From the IMG/VR virus record IMGVR_UViG_3300025889_000071: a stretch of 64,000 bases of DNA. One strand, given 5' to 3'. The notes beneath the pieces were generated by a model. That model did not search any database, was not told the origin of the DNA, and saw nothing but the letters and a program-made list of their open reading frames with translations. Both the position numbers and the translations under genes were made by a program. This DNA comes from a virus. Taxonomy: Duplodnaviria > Caudoviricetes. Positions 27,258 through 37,874 of this stretch are shown here, piece by piece (the first letter of the stretch is position 1; every line of letters starts with the position of its first letter).

Positions 27258-30200
27258 ATGGCTGACCCAACGATAAGAATTAAAAGGTCTTCTGTCGCCG
27301 GAAAAATTCCGACAGGAGACCAATTATCTTTAGGAGAAATAGCCCTAAACACATATGATGGTAAGTTTTACGCTTCTAAAAATGTTGGTATTGGAACTAC
27401 AGTATTTGCAGTCAATACATGGTCTGCTGGAGTAGGGACTAATTATTATGATACTTATTTTACTGAAGGTAATGTTGGAATAGGAACGACAATACCAACA
27501 TCAAAACTTCATGTTGGTGGTGATATTTTAGTATCTGGGTTTTCGACAGTAAGTAATATTAAAATTGAAAATTCACTATATGATTCAAACAATAACGTAG
27601 GTTCATCTGGATCGGTATTAAGTTCCACAGGTTCCAATTTAATCTGGATATCTCAAGTTGCTGGAAATCAAGGTTTCCAAGGTGCACAAGGTAATCAAGG
27701 ATATCAAGGAAACACAGGATCTCAAGGTGCCGCAGGGTCTACAGGTGCACAGGGTTCACAAGGAACTTCAGGATCCCAAGGTAATCAAGGAAATCAGGGC
27801 GATACTGGAGTACAAGGTTCTACTGGAGCACAAGGTGCCACAGGTTCTCAAGGTGCTACTGGAGCTCAAGGTGCTACTGGTGCTCAAGGAGATGTTGGTG
27901 CACAGGGTAATCAAGGTAATCAAGGTAATCAAGGAACTTCAGGATCCCAAGGTAATCAAGGTAATCAAGGCGATACTGGTGCTCAAGGTGCACAAGGTGC
28001 CACAGGTGCTCAAGGAGACACTGGTGCTCAAGGTGCTCAAGGCGATACTGGAGCTCAAGGTAATGAAGGCGATACTGGAGCTCAAGGAGACACAGGTGCT
28101 CAAGGTAATCAAGGAGACACTGGTGCTCAAGGCAATCAAGGTAATCAAGGTAATCAAGGTGCTACAGGAACCCAAGGTAATCAAGGTAATCAAGGAGACA
28201 CTGGTGCTCAAGGCAATCAAGGCGATACGGGAGCTCAAGGTGCCACAGGTGCTCAAGGAAATCAGGGCAATGATGGAAATTTTGGTGGTGCTACCTTTGA
28301 TTATACATTTAGCACTACAACAACAGATTCTGATCCCGGTCAGGGAAATTTAAGATTTAACAATGCTACTTTATCATCAGCTACATTAATGTATATTGAT
28401 GATGAAGATGATAATGGAACTGACATACAATCATTTTTAAGAACTATTGATGATTCCACTTCTACAATTAAGGGACATGTTAGAGTATCTAATAAATTAG
28501 ACGCTAGTGATTTTGCACTGTTTACAATTAGTGGAACAAATGTAGAAGCAACTGGATATCATAAAGTAACTGTAACTTTTGTTTCTGGGAGTGCATCTTC
28601 ATTTAGTGATAGTGAAGATATAATAGTTACCTTTGCTAGAACTGGTAATATTGGTGACACTGGAGCTCAAGGTGCTCAAGGTAATCAAGGTGCTACAGGC
28701 ACTGGTGCTCAAGGAGACACTGGTGCTCAAGGTAATCAAGGACATCAAGGTCTTACTGGATCTGGAGCTCAAGGTGCTCAAGGAGATACAGGAGCTCAAG
28801 GTAATCAAGGCGATACGGGAGCTCAAGGTGCCACAGGTGCTCAAGGTAATCAAGGCGATACTGGAGCTCAAGGTAATCAAGGCGATACTGGAGCTCAAGG
28901 AGACACTGGTGCTCAAGGTAATCAAGGAGATACTGGAGCACAAGGTAATCAAGGCGATACGGGAGCTCAAGGTGCCACAGGTGCTCAAGGTGCTCAAGGA
29001 GATGTTGGTGCACAAGGTAATCAAGGACATCAAGGTGATACAGGAGCACAAGGTAATCAAGGAGATACTGGAGCACAAGGTGCCACAGGTGCTCAAGGAA
29101 ATCAAGGTAATCAAGGTAATCAAGGCAATCAAGGTAATCAAGGAAATACTGGCGATACTGGTGCTCAAGGTGCCACAGGAAATACTGGTGCTCAAGGTGC
29201 ACAAGGCAATCAAGGAAATCAGGGATATCAGGGAGATCAAGGTGATAAAGGAGGTCTTTTATATCTCTTTGATGGTGCAAGTCAGGCAAGTGACCCATCT
29301 AATGGAGATGTTAGATTTAACAATGCTACATTTGGTTCTGTAACAATAGTATATGTTGATGGACTAACATCAGATGCAGCAAATATAGAAACTTATGTTG
29401 ATACTTGGGGAGATTCTACCAATACCGTTAAAGGTCATTTAATTATAAAATCAAATACAAATTCGGATGTAACATATTGTATTTTTGAAGTTACTGGGGT
29501 TAGTGCACAAACTGGATGGACTAATATTAATGTCCAAAACCCAGTAGGGTCTGCACCATCAGATAATGAATCAATAGTTCTTGAATTTATTAGATCTGGT
29601 GATATAGGTGCTCAAGGTGCTCAAGGAGCACAGGGAAATCAAGGATATCAAGGTGATACTGGAGCTCAAGGTAATCAGGGCCATCAAGGAGACACAGGTG
29701 CTCAAGGCAATCAAGGTAATCAAGGAGACACTGGTGCTCAAGGTGCCACAGGTGCTCAAGGAGATGTTGGTGCACAAGGTAATCAAGGTAATCAGGGAGA
29801 TGTAGGTGCTCAAGGTGCACAAGGTGCCACAGGTGCTCAAGGAGATGTTGGTGCTCAAGGTAATCAAGGACATCAAGGACATCAAGGTGCCACAGGTGCT
29901 CAAGGAGACGTTGGTGCACAAGGTAATCAAGGCAATCAAGGTAATCAAGGTGCCACAGGTGCTCAAGGAGACACCGGAGCTCAAGGTAATCAAGGACATC
30001 AAGGAGACACTGGTGCTCAAGGTAATCAAGGACATCAAGGTGATACCGGAGCTCAAGGTAATCAAGGGCATCAAGGAGACACCGGAGCTCAAGGTAATCA
30101 AGGGCATCAAGGTGATACCGGAGCACAGGGAAATCAAGGATATCAAGGTGATACCGGAGCACAGGGAAATCAAGGATATCAAGGTGATACTGGAGCACAG

Positions 30201-32120
30201 GGTAATCAAGGACATCAAGGAGACACCGGAGCTCAAGGTAATCAAGGACATCAAGGTGATACTGGAGCACAGGGTAATCAAGGACATCAAGGAGACACCG
30301 GAGCTCAAGGTAATCAAGGTTATCAAGGCAATCAGGGCACTGAAGGTAATTTCGGTGGTGCCACATTCTATTACACCTTTGAAACAAATACTACAGATGC
30401 CAATCCTGGTGCTGGAGATTTAAGATTAGACAACTCTACGCAAAATGCTGCAACTGGTATCTATATCTGTGATACTGATGAGAGCGGTAATGATATATCA
30501 TCTTATCTACAAACTATTGATGACTCTACGAGCACTATCAAGGGCCATGTCAAAATTTCAAACAAAACAGACGCAAGTCAATTCATATTATTCACAATTT
30601 CCAGCCTGACTGACAACACTGGTTATTTTGATATTACAGTAAGTCCTGTTGACTCATCAGCAACCAATCCATTTAGTGATGGTGAAGACATTATCATTAC
30701 TTTTGCTAGAACTGGTGATAAAGGAGACACTGGAGCTCAAGGCAATCAAGGTTATCAAGGTAACACTGGAGCACAAGGAGACACTGGTGCTCAAGGTAAT
30801 CAAGGTAACACTGGAGCACAAGGAGACACTGGTGCTCAAGGTAATCAAGGTAATCAAGGTGATACTGGTGCTCAAGGTAATCAAGGTAATCAAGGACATC
30901 AAGGAGACACTGGTGCTCAAGGTAATCAAGGACATCAAGGTGATACCGGAGCTCAAGGTAATCAAGGTCATCAAGGAGACACCGGAGCTCAAGGTAATCA
31001 AGGGCATCAAGGAGACACTGGTGCTCAAGGTAATCAAGGACATCAAGGAGACACTGGTGCTCAAGGTAATCAAGGACATCAAGGACATCAAGGTGATACG
31101 GGTGCACAAGGAGATGTTGGTGCACAAGGTAATCAAGGACATCAAGGACATCAAGGTGATACGGGTGCACAAGGAGATGTTGGTGCACAAGGTAATCAAG
31201 GACATCAAGGACATCAAGGTGATACTGGTGCACAAGGTAATCAAGGACATCAAGGACATCAAGGTGATACCGGAGCACAGGGAAATCAAGGATATCAAGG
31301 TGATACTGGAGCACAGGGTAATCAAGGACATCAAGGTGATACCGGAGCACAGGGAAATCAAGGTTATCAAGGCGATGATGGTGCTCAAGGATTCCAAGGT
31401 GAAGCTGGAGGTGGAGGCGGCGGTGGTGGATTTGACACCGGAATCACAACCTCTGCTTATGCTTCTTCATCGGATGATATTGATGGATTCACTGCTATTG
31501 GTGTCACTTTCCCGGCAACTGCAAGTAAGAGATATGTCATTGAAAGTGTGCACATCACAAATGTGACAGCAAGTGATTTGTATGTGACCACTAGAATGGA
31601 TTATGATGGTGGACAGAATGTTCCAATCACGAATAAAATTATTGTTCCTTATCAAGGTGCACTAGAAGTTGTTGATCAACCACTGGTCGCAAATCCATCA
31701 GACAATCTTCGTTTTGCTTCTTATGCTGGTCTCGGAACTAATCCTGCAGGAGTTGCAAATGGTCTTGATTGTTGGATTACATATAAGCAAGATGATGCAA
31801 CGGATTATATTGGAATCGGTTCAAATATTACTGCAACCACAGATCAAACAGTCTTTACTTCTGTCACTAATCCATCAGTAATTAATACGATTGTGCTTGC
31901 AAATTATAGTGATACTGTAGATGTTGATGCATCTATTTCTATTTTCAGAGGTGGTTCTGTTCGTGTTGGATATCTGGCATATAATCTTACGATTCCTCAA
32001 AACAGCAATGTTCAGATTCTTCCAAGACAAAAGAGAATCGAAGCCACTGATACAATTGTTGCCACAGCATCAGTTGCAAATGCTTTAACTGTGAATGTTG
32101 CAGGCAAATATATAACCTGA
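27258..32120 (+). CDS. Collagen-like fibre protein (1620 aa): four G-X-Y segments, three repeated globular spacers, duplicated C-terminal domain
   Basis: Seen: N-terminal '[29 protein letters not shown]' fibre anchor and '[16 protein letters not shown]' motif; about 890 residues of G-X-Y repeats. Confidence 0.85.
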   Translation: MADPTIRIKRSSVAGKIPTGDQLSLGEIALNTYDGKFYASKNVGIGTTVFAVNTWSAGVGTNYYDTYFTEGNVGIGTTIPTSKLHVGGDILVSGFSTVSNIKIENSLYDSNNNVGSSGSVLSSTGSNLIWISQVAGNQGFQGAQGNQGYQGNTGSQGAAGSTGAQGSQGTSGSQGNQGNQGDTGVQGSTGAQGATGSQGATGAQGATGAQGDVGAQGNQGNQGNQGTSGSQGNQGNQGDTGAQGAQGATGAQGDTGAQGAQGDTGAQGNEGDTGAQGDTGAQGNQGDTGAQGNQGNQGNQGATGTQGNQGNQGDTGAQGNQGDTGAQGATGAQGNQGNDGNFGGATFDYTFSTTTTDSDPGQGNLRFNNATLSSATLMYIDDEDDNGTDIQSFLRTIDDSTSTIKGHVRVSNKLDASDFALFTISGTNVEATGYHKVTVTFVSGSASSFSDSEDIIVTFARTGNIGDTGAQGAQGNQGATGTGAQGDTGAQGNQGHQGLTGSGAQGAQGDTGAQGNQGDTGAQGATGAQGNQGDTGAQGNQGDTGAQGDTGAQGNQGDTGAQGNQGDTGAQGATGAQGAQGDVGAQGNQGHQGDTGAQGNQGDTGAQGATGAQGNQGNQGNQGNQGNQGNTGDTGAQGATGNTGAQGAQGNQGNQGYQGDQGDKGGLLYLFDGASQASDPSNGDVRFNNATFGSVTIVYVDGLTSDAANIETYVDTWGDSTNTVKGHLIIKSNTNSDVTYCIFEVTGVSAQTGWTNINVQNPVGSAPSDNESIVLEFIRSGDIGAQGAQGAQGNQGYQGDTGAQGNQGHQGDTGAQGNQGNQGDTGAQGATGAQGDVGAQGNQGNQGDVGAQGAQGATGAQGDVGAQGNQGHQGHQGATGAQGDVGAQGNQGNQGNQGATGAQGDTGAQGNQGHQGDTGAQGNQGHQGDTGAQGNQGHQGDTGAQGNQGHQGDTGAQGNQGYQGDTGAQGNQGYQGDTGAQGNQGHQGDTGAQGNQGHQGDTGAQGNQGHQGDTGAQGNQGYQGNQGTEGNFGGATFYYTFETNTTDANPGAGDLRLDNSTQNAATGIYICDTDESGNDISSYLQTIDDSTSTIKGHVKISNKTDASQFILFTISSLTDNTGYFDITVSPVDSSATNPFSDGEDIIITFARTGDKGDTGAQGNQGYQGNTGAQGDTGAQGNQGNTGAQGDTGAQGNQGNQGDTGAQGNQGNQGHQGDTGAQGNQGHQGDTGAQGNQGHQGDTGAQGNQGHQGDTGAQGNQGHQGDTGAQGNQGHQGHQGDTGAQGDVGAQGNQGHQGHQGDTGAQGDVGAQGNQGHQGHQGDTGAQGNQGHQGHQGDTGAQGNQGYQGDTGAQGNQGHQGDTGAQGNQGYQGDDGAQGFQGEAGGGGGGGGFDTGITTSAYASSSDDIDGFTAIGVTFPATASKRYVIESVHITNVTASDLYVTTRMDYDGGQNVPITNKIIVPYQGALEVVDQPLVANPSDNLRFASYAGLGTNPAGVANGLDCWITYKQDDATDYIGIGSNITATTDQTVFTSVTNPSVINTIVLANYSDTVDVDASISIFRGGSVRVGYLAYNLTIPQNSNVQILPRQKRIEATDTIVATASVANALTVNVAGKYIT
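27663..31406 (+). repeat. Collagen-coding 9-nt-period repeats in four blocks (27663-28283, 28644-29249, 29598-30353, 30714-31406)
   Basis: Seen: GGN-NNN-CAA/ACN units encoding [18 protein letters not shown]; 36-nt ([12 protein letters not shown]) super-repeat in blocks 3 and 4. Confidence 0.95.
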
Positions 32121-32147
32121 TATAATTAGAATATTTGATTTGAATAT

Positions 32148-32726
32148 ATGTTTAATATTAAACAGGGGGATATTTTTCCTACCAGGTTTTATAGTGTAGA
32201 TATTTTTGAGCACGATGAAAATCAAAAATATAAAAACTTTTTGATTGATATGTCGAAAAAGACACCCGGAACTGTGAGGAGTAATCGTGGTGGGTGGCAG
32301 AGTGAAACAAATTTGTGGGAACATGAAGTATTCAAACCACTACTAGAAAAGACGACGGCAATTACTCAAAGTATTATTGAAAATTTATCAAAGAATCGTC
32401 CACAGATGGTGATTCGTTCAATGTGGGGTAATATAAATCCAAAAGGTGGAATGAACTTTACCCATGTTCATCCATCTGGCTGGATGAGTGGAGTTTACTA
32501 TATACAATTGCCACAGGGAACAGATGTAATTAACTTTGAGGATCCAAGACCTGCAAGAATGATGGATTTTCAAATGTCTTGTATTGTGAACGATGAATAC
32601 TTTGCACACAATCCTAAAGTTGGTGAACTGCTTTTGTTTCCTTCTTGGCTTCCACACTTTGTTCTTCCAAATACATCTGATGAAGAACGAATTTCAATCT
32701 CATTTAATATCGAACTAATAGTATGA
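32148..32726 (+). CDS. Putative 2OG-Fe(II) oxygenase, TIGR02466-like
   Basis: Seen: 'SNRGGWQS', 'WGNINPKGGMNFTHVHPSGWMSGVYY', 'GELLLFPSWLPHFVLPN..ERISISFNI'. Confidence 0.85.
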   Translation: MFNIKQGDIFPTRFYSVDIFEHDENQKYKNFLIDMSKKTPGTVRSNRGGWQSETNLWEHEVFKPLLEKTTAITQSIIENLSKNRPQMVIRSMWGNINPKGGMNFTHVHPSGWMSGVYYIQLPQGTDVINFEDPRPARMMDFQMSCIVNDEYFAHNPKVGELLLFPSWLPHFVLPNTSDEERISISFNIELIV

Positions 32727-33382
32727 GCGTTTTAATTGCACTGCCTTGTTATGGTGGAATCGTTAGTGATAAGACTGCCAAAGGGTTATTTAATCTTGGA
32801 AAAGAATTAAGAACAAATCAAATTGATCATGGATTAATCACTCTGGCAAATGAGAGTTTGATTACCAAAGGTCGGTCAAGAATTGCCAACTTCTTTATCA
32901 ATAACACACAATATGAATATGTAATGTTTATTGATGCGGACATTGGATTTGAACCACAAGATGTATTAAAACTTTTATCATATCAAAGAGATATTGTTTG
33001 TGGAGCTTATCCTATGAAGAGTATTCCATTACAATACAATTATAATATTTCACAACCACCATTAGCAGAGGATGGATTGATTAAGATTGATAGTATTGGA
33101 TTTGGGTTTGCTCTTATTCACCGTAGAGTTTTTGATAAAATTCGTGAGAACTATGAGGATTTAAAATATACTCCTTCACTGGGACACTCATCTTATCCAA
33201 TCACAGAAGCAGAATATCATAATTCATATCATTATTTTAATGAACTCAAAAAAGATATGGCATTCTTACCAGAGGATTTTTCATTCTTTGAGAGAGCAAG
33301 TAGTGTTGGATTTACATCATGGTTAGACACAAGTATTAAATTGTGTCATGTTGGTTCTCATGTCTTCCAGGAGAATAAATAA
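32723..33382 (+). CDS. GT-A fold glycosyltransferase-like protein
   Basis: Seen: 'LIALPCYGG', 'SLITKGRSRIANFF', DxD motif in 'VMFIDADIGF', 'GFGFALIHRRVF' and 'EDFSFFER'. Confidence 0.7.
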   Translation: MSVLIALPCYGGIVSDKTAKGLFNLGKELRTNQIDHGLITLANESLITKGRSRIANFFINNTQYEYVMFIDADIGFEPQDVLKLLSYQRDIVCGAYPMKSIPLQYNYNISQPPLAEDGLIKIDSIGFGFALIHRRVFDKIRENYEDLKYTPSLGHSSYPITEAEYHNSYHYFNELKKDMAFLPEDFSFFERASSVGFTSWLDTSIKLCHVGSHVFQENK

Positions 33383-33402
33383 AAAAAATAGTGTACTGAT
33401 AA

Positions 33403-35325
33403 ATGTCTGGAGTTTTTGGTTTATCGGATGTAAGAACGGAGCAAATAGATAGAACCTGGCCAGAATTTACGAATTATGGTTATTTTGTTGGTGGTGTAGC
33501 TCCTCCTGGATTTGCAGAGTCACGTATTGATCGATTTGAGATAGCAACGGAAACAATAAGTCAACCACCTAACTTTAGTCAGTATAGCTCTGGTCAAGCA
33601 ATTTCGGATGCTGTAGAAGCTTCTTCATCAGAATATGGTTATATTGCTGGAGGTGATAATAGAGGAGGTAGTCCTGCAGCGAGAAGTTATATACGTAGAA
33701 TTGATTTTTCACACGAACTTGATAGTGTTGTAGGGATCACACAAATTCCTGCCACACTACCTGCGAATCAGGACAACATGGCATCAATTTCCACCCCACA
33801 ATATGCATATTTTGGTGGTGGTGCTGCTCCTTATGTGTGTAATATTCATAGACTTGAATTCTCATCAGAAACAATGTCTACAGATGCTTCAAATCTCACA
33901 CAAAATAGAGGATTTCTTGCAGGTGTATCTGGTTCTCAATATGGATATTTTTGTGGAGGATTTTCCACTCCACCTCCAACCAGACATTCTACAATTGATA
34001 GGATGGATTTTTCTACAGAAACTGGAAGTGTTCCTCCTGTTGAAGGTCAATTGACAGTTGGAAGAAGTCACCTCAATTCTTTTGAGAGTTCAGAACATGG
34101 TTATATTGTTGGTGGTTTGACACCGGTTGTTTGTACCGTTGACCGATTAGATTTTTCTTCAGAAACTGTTGCGGCAACTACAGGAGTACCTGAAATAATA
34201 GCGGCAGGAATAGATTTTTCTGTTAAAGAATATGGTTATATTGGTGGTAATGGCCCAGGAGCAAAATCCACTATCTATAGATTTGAGTTTTCATCCGAAA
34301 CATTTTCAGCACCAGGAGCAATTTTAAGTAGTGTGAGGGGTTATGGTTCTGGAGTTAGAGACAGTAGTCGTATAAAACCAAATTCACTGAAAGGAACTGA
34401 TATTGATGGAGTTCCTATTTCCAGCACTTATGGATATTTTATTGGTGGTTTTTCTTTTAGTACTCCACCTCCGGTCACTAGTTATCACACTACTATTGAC
34501 CGCATCAATTATTCTACCGAAACTGTATCGTCTAATATATCTCCTAGAGGATATTTATCTTCACCAGGAAGAAATGGTGCAGGAGCAGTATCTAATTTCA
34601 ATTATGGGTATGTTGCTGGTGGACTTTCTCCAATTAAAACAACAGTTGAAAAGATGGATTTTACTAATGAAATTACATCATTACCGGGAAATAATTTATC
34701 TCAAGCAAGAGCATATTTAGCAGGAGTTTACAATAATAATTATGGATATTTTTGTGGAGGATTCCATCCAACACCAGCATATTATAGCACTATTGATCGT
34801 ATTGATTTTTCTACAGAATCTGTATCAACTCCTCCGGTAAAAATGAATAATGAATTGAGTATACCTAATGGTGGAACCGTATTTAATCCAAGTTATGCAT
34901 ATATAACTGGATTTAACGGATATGTTTGTACTATTGACCGATTAGAATTTTCTACAGAAACAATGGTAGAACCATCCCAGCAATTAACTAGAGCGGCTTT
35001 GGGTTTTGGTACATTGCAGAATTCAAATTATGGTTATTTTTGTTCTGGAAGAACTTCACCAACTGTGCGTCCGGCAGTCATAGATCGTATGGATTTTTCA
35101 AATGAAACTGTAAGTTCACCTATTGGCAATGTGTCTCAAGCAAGACCGGGTTTAGCAGGAGTTTACAATAATAATTATGGTTATCTTGGTGGAGGAGAAA
35201 TACCACCACTTAGTCCTGATTATGTCTGTACAATTGACCGATTAGAATTTTCAAATGAAACAGTATCGGAACCAAGTTCAGAATTGACAAGAAGTAGAAG
35301 CAATGCCAGAGGCCTCTCAAACTAA
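33403..35325 (+). CDS. Kelch-like tandem beta-propeller protein 1 (most divergent paralog)
   Basis: Seen: about 12 repeats of YGY(F/I)xGG...(T/V)(I/V)DR(L/M)(D/E)FSxET; mid-protein linker 'GTDIDGVPISST'. Confidence 0.75.
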   Translation: MSGVFGLSDVRTEQIDRTWPEFTNYGYFVGGVAPPGFAESRIDRFEIATETISQPPNFSQYSSGQAISDAVEASSSEYGYIAGGDNRGGSPAARSYIRRIDFSHELDSVVGITQIPATLPANQDNMASISTPQYAYFGGGAAPYVCNIHRLEFSSETMSTDASNLTQNRGFLAGVSGSQYGYFCGGFSTPPPTRHSTIDRMDFSTETGSVPPVEGQLTVGRSHLNSFESSEHGYIVGGLTPVVCTVDRLDFSSETVAATTGVPEIIAAGIDFSVKEYGYIGGNGPGAKSTIYRFEFSSETFSAPGAILSSVRGYGSGVRDSSRIKPNSLKGTDIDGVPISSTYGYFIGGFSFSTPPPVTSYHTTIDRINYSTETVSSNISPRGYLSSPGRNGAGAVSNFNYGYVAGGLSPIKTTVEKMDFTNEITSLPGNNLSQARAYLAGVYNNNYGYFCGGFHPTPAYYSTIDRIDFSTESVSTPPVKMNNELSIPNGGTVFNPSYAYITGFNGYVCTIDRLEFSTETMVEPSQQLTRAALGFGTLQNSNYGYFCSGRTSPTVRPAVIDRMDFSNETVSSPIGNVSQARPGLAGVYNNNYGYLGGGEIPPLSPDYVCTIDRLEFSNETVSEPSSELTRSRSNARGLSN

Positions 35326-35326
35326 C

Positions 35327-35334
35327 ACTAAATA
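35327..35334 (+). promoter_or_regulatory. Late-promoter variant ACTAAATA (GT-MTase gene); same motif at 39724 and 42325, TCTAAATA at 54679 and 60851
   Basis: Seen: CTAAATA motifs in short intergenic gaps 20-30 nt before start codons. Confidence 0.65.
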
Positions 35335-35355
35335 ATCAAAACTACATTATTGTAT

Positions 35356-36993
35356 ATGAAGTCCGGAGCAACTGAAAGTTCTTTTTATTATCTTGCTCAA
35401 CATTATACTTTTCCAGAGAATGTTGATGTTAAGAGAACGACGAATGAAATTATAAAGTCCAATAAACAGTATAAAATTATCTGGGCTCATGATAATTGTG
35501 ACCAGATGGGACACAAAGACCTTCCACAATATGTGAATAAAATTGATGGCATTGTTTGTGTTTCGAACTGGGAACGAGAGCAGTATATAAAGTATAAAAG
35601 AGCACCAGCAGAGAAACTTCATGTAATTCCAAACGGAGTTCATGATATGTTTCGTCCTTCTGGAAAACCAAAATCAAAAACTTGTATCTTTTTTTCTGCA
35701 CCACATAAAGGAGTTGCACCTTTAGTTCCAATTTGGAAGGAAGTTATTAAACATCATCCAGATGCAAAACTCAAAGTGTTTTCTTCGATGTCTCTTTATG
35801 GTGATATTCAACCAGGAGAAGGTGACAATGAAACAATCACAGGACCAAATGGATTAGAGCCATCACCATTTATTTCTGTTTATAAAGAACTTCAGAAACT
35901 TCCTGGTGTTGAGTATTCACCTTGTATTGATCGTGAAGAGTTGCTACCTCATATTCAGGATGCAGCTTTTTATATTCATCCCAATGTTTGGGAGGAAACT
36001 TTTTGTGTATCATTAGCAGAAGCAATGTCTTGTGGATGCTTTCCAATAACAACAGACATGGGAGCACTTCCAGAAACGGCAAATGGAATTGGAAAGTTTA
36101 TTCCAATGTCAGGAAAAAACACACCAAGAGGATGGATACCTGACGAAACATTTCATAAAAACTTTGCCGAAGAAATGATTCGTGCTTTTCATTTCTTTGA
36201 TGTTGCAAGAGATGAATATTATCAGGCATCAGAACTGATATCAAATTATGCAATAGAAAATTATAATTGGAAAAGAGTTGCTGGACTGTGGAAAAGTTAT
36301 ATTGAAAAGTATGATGATTATTATGAAAGATTTTCCGAAATCTTAATGACTCCATATGATCATATTGATTATCTCTATCAGATGAAGTATGAGCAATCAA
36401 TAAATCCAAAAGTGATTTATGATATTGGTTCCAATTGTTTGCACTGGTCAAAGGTTGCACAAATGGTATGGAAAGATTCTAATATTTTTCATGTTGATGG
36501 ATATGACCAATTCGAATCTCTCTATAAAAATAAGAAAGTTAATTATGCCATTGAGGTATTAAGTTCAGTAGATGATAAAGTTGTAACTTATTTTCAGAAT
36601 GCCAGAAATCATGGAGGGTGTTCTTATTATGAATTAAACTATAAGGATTTTCCTTATAATCAAAATGCATTTAGAAATCAACATTACTCTGAAGTTAAGA
36701 GAAGGACAAAGACTTTAGATACTCTAATCAGAGAGAAAGGATGGCCAAAACCTGACTTGATTAAGATGGATGTTCAGGGATGTGAATTAGATATTATCAA
36801 AGGTGCTGTTAGTGCTATTAAATATTGTCCGAATATTATTCTTGAGTTGCAAAACAAAGAGTATATGAAAGGTGCTCCAATGAGAGATGAAGTCATTTCT
36901 TATATGAAATCGATTGGATATGTTCTGTCTTCACACTTTACACAAAACTCATCTGATGCTGATGGAGATTATCACTTCTCCAAACATAAATAA
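35356..36993 (+). CDS. GT-B (GT4-like) glycosyltransferase fused to an FkbM-family methyltransferase
   Basis: Seen: 'IIWAHD', 'VCVSNWER', 'VIPNGV', 'YIHPNVWEETFCVSLAEAMSCGCFPITTDMGALPET' (ExF...E motif of GT4); C-terminal 'IYDIGSN', 'TLDTL', 'PDLIKMDVQGCELDIIKGA' (FkbM). ATG 35356 preferred over TTG 35350. Confidence 0.85.
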   Translation: MKSGATESSFYYLAQHYTFPENVDVKRTTNEIIKSNKQYKIIWAHDNCDQMGHKDLPQYVNKIDGIVCVSNWEREQYIKYKRAPAEKLHVIPNGVHDMFRPSGKPKSKTCIFFSAPHKGVAPLVPIWKEVIKHHPDAKLKVFSSMSLYGDIQPGEGDNETITGPNGLEPSPFISVYKELQKLPGVEYSPCIDREELLPHIQDAAFYIHPNVWEETFCVSLAEAMSCGCFPITTDMGALPETANGIGKFIPMSGKNTPRGWIPDETFHKNFAEEMIRAFHFFDVARDEYYQASELISNYAIENYNWKRVAGLWKSYIEKYDDYYERFSEILMTPYDHIDYLYQMKYEQSINPKVIYDIGSNCLHWSKVAQMVWKDSNIFHVDGYDQFESLYKNKKVNYAIEVLSSVDDKVVTYFQNARNHGGCSYYELNYKDFPYNQNAFRNQHYSEVKRRTKTLDTLIREKGWPKPDLIKMDVQGCELDIIKGAVSAIKYCPNIILELQNKEYMKGAPMRDEVISYMKSIGYVLSSHFTQNSSDADGDYHFSKHK

Positions 36994-37024
36994 AAAAAAT
37001 TGAACTGATATCTATAGGAGTTCT

Positions 37025-37870
37025 ATGTCAAATAATTATAAAGAAATTGCTCTTGCAAAATCCGATGAAGTTCTTGATGAGAGTAATGAATTTATGCTCA
37101 AGGTTCTTGCGGAGTGTGATCGTTGGAAAGAATCTGAAAGAGAACTTGCACAAGGAAGGTCAAACTTCCAGATTGAAAAGTTTATCGTTCATGATAATTT
37201 TACCATTCCATCAGCATTCAAAGCTGCAATTATCAACCGCAAGTCTGTGGCAGAGAACCTTCTAAATGGAATTCAGGATGCAAAGAAAATTGTAAGAGAG
37301 TTTCATTATAAGTGGGAAGGTAAAGATAAAACTCAACCAATCTGGTGGAAGAATCGTGAAGGTGGTGAAGACCTTTGTTGGTATGATATTGATGAATTCA
37401 ATTTTCATCGTTTTATTGATGGATTGAATGCTGGATTCAAAGCACAGACAACTGAACTTGAATTCTTTGATAAATTGATTGAAAGATTAATCGAATTGAA
37501 CGGTGGTCATCCTCCAACAAAAGAAGAATTTGATGCCGATCAACCAGTTTATTGGGAAAGAAGATTTGCCAACCAGGCTCTTGATGAACTTCTTGCTGCA
37601 CAAACAGGAGTCTCTGGTGGTAATATTCGTTCTATGAGAAGAGCAACCGCACCAACAGTTCTTGAGGATGATGTGAATCGTATTAAGGAAGGCTATGCAG
37701 ATCCAAGCAATTCAATCGCATTCCTTGAGAGTCTTCAGAGACATGTTGCTTCTGGTATTGAGGAAATTAGTGGACTATCAAATAATATTCTTCAAGGAAG
37801 AAAGGAGCAAACAAAACAATTAAGTGAGGAAAAAGTTTCGTTATTTAACGAAGAACTTCGCAAAAAATAA
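37025..37870 (+). CDS. Uncharacterised helical protein (281 aa)
   Basis: Seen: strong RBS (TAGGAG), charged helical composition, located between the GT-MTase gene and the propeller genes. No motif I can name. Confidence 0.75.
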   Translation: MSNNYKEIALAKSDEVLDESNEFMLKVLAECDRWKESERELAQGRSNFQIEKFIVHDNFTIPSAFKAAIINRKSVAENLLNGIQDAKKIVREFHYKWEGKDKTQPIWWKNREGGEDLCWYDIDEFNFHRFIDGLNAGFKAQTTELEFFDKLIERLIELNGGHPPTKEEFDADQPVYWERRFANQALDELLAAQTGVSGGNIRSMRRATAPTVLEDDVNRIKEGYADPSNSIAFLESLQRHVASGIEEISGLSNNILQGRKEQTKQLSEEKVSLFNEELRKK

Positions 37871-37874
37871 GTAA

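Noticed and set aside
27663-31406. CRISPR-like array interpretation of the repeats
   Set aside because: Repeats are in-frame coding triplets with no unique spacers, no leader and no cas genes.
27658-31566. Many long alternative-frame and antisense ORFs (KVLKV, LITL, LDYL repeats)
   Set aside because: These are shadows of the 9-nt collagen periodicity, which lacks stops in other frames; no RBS or independent signal.
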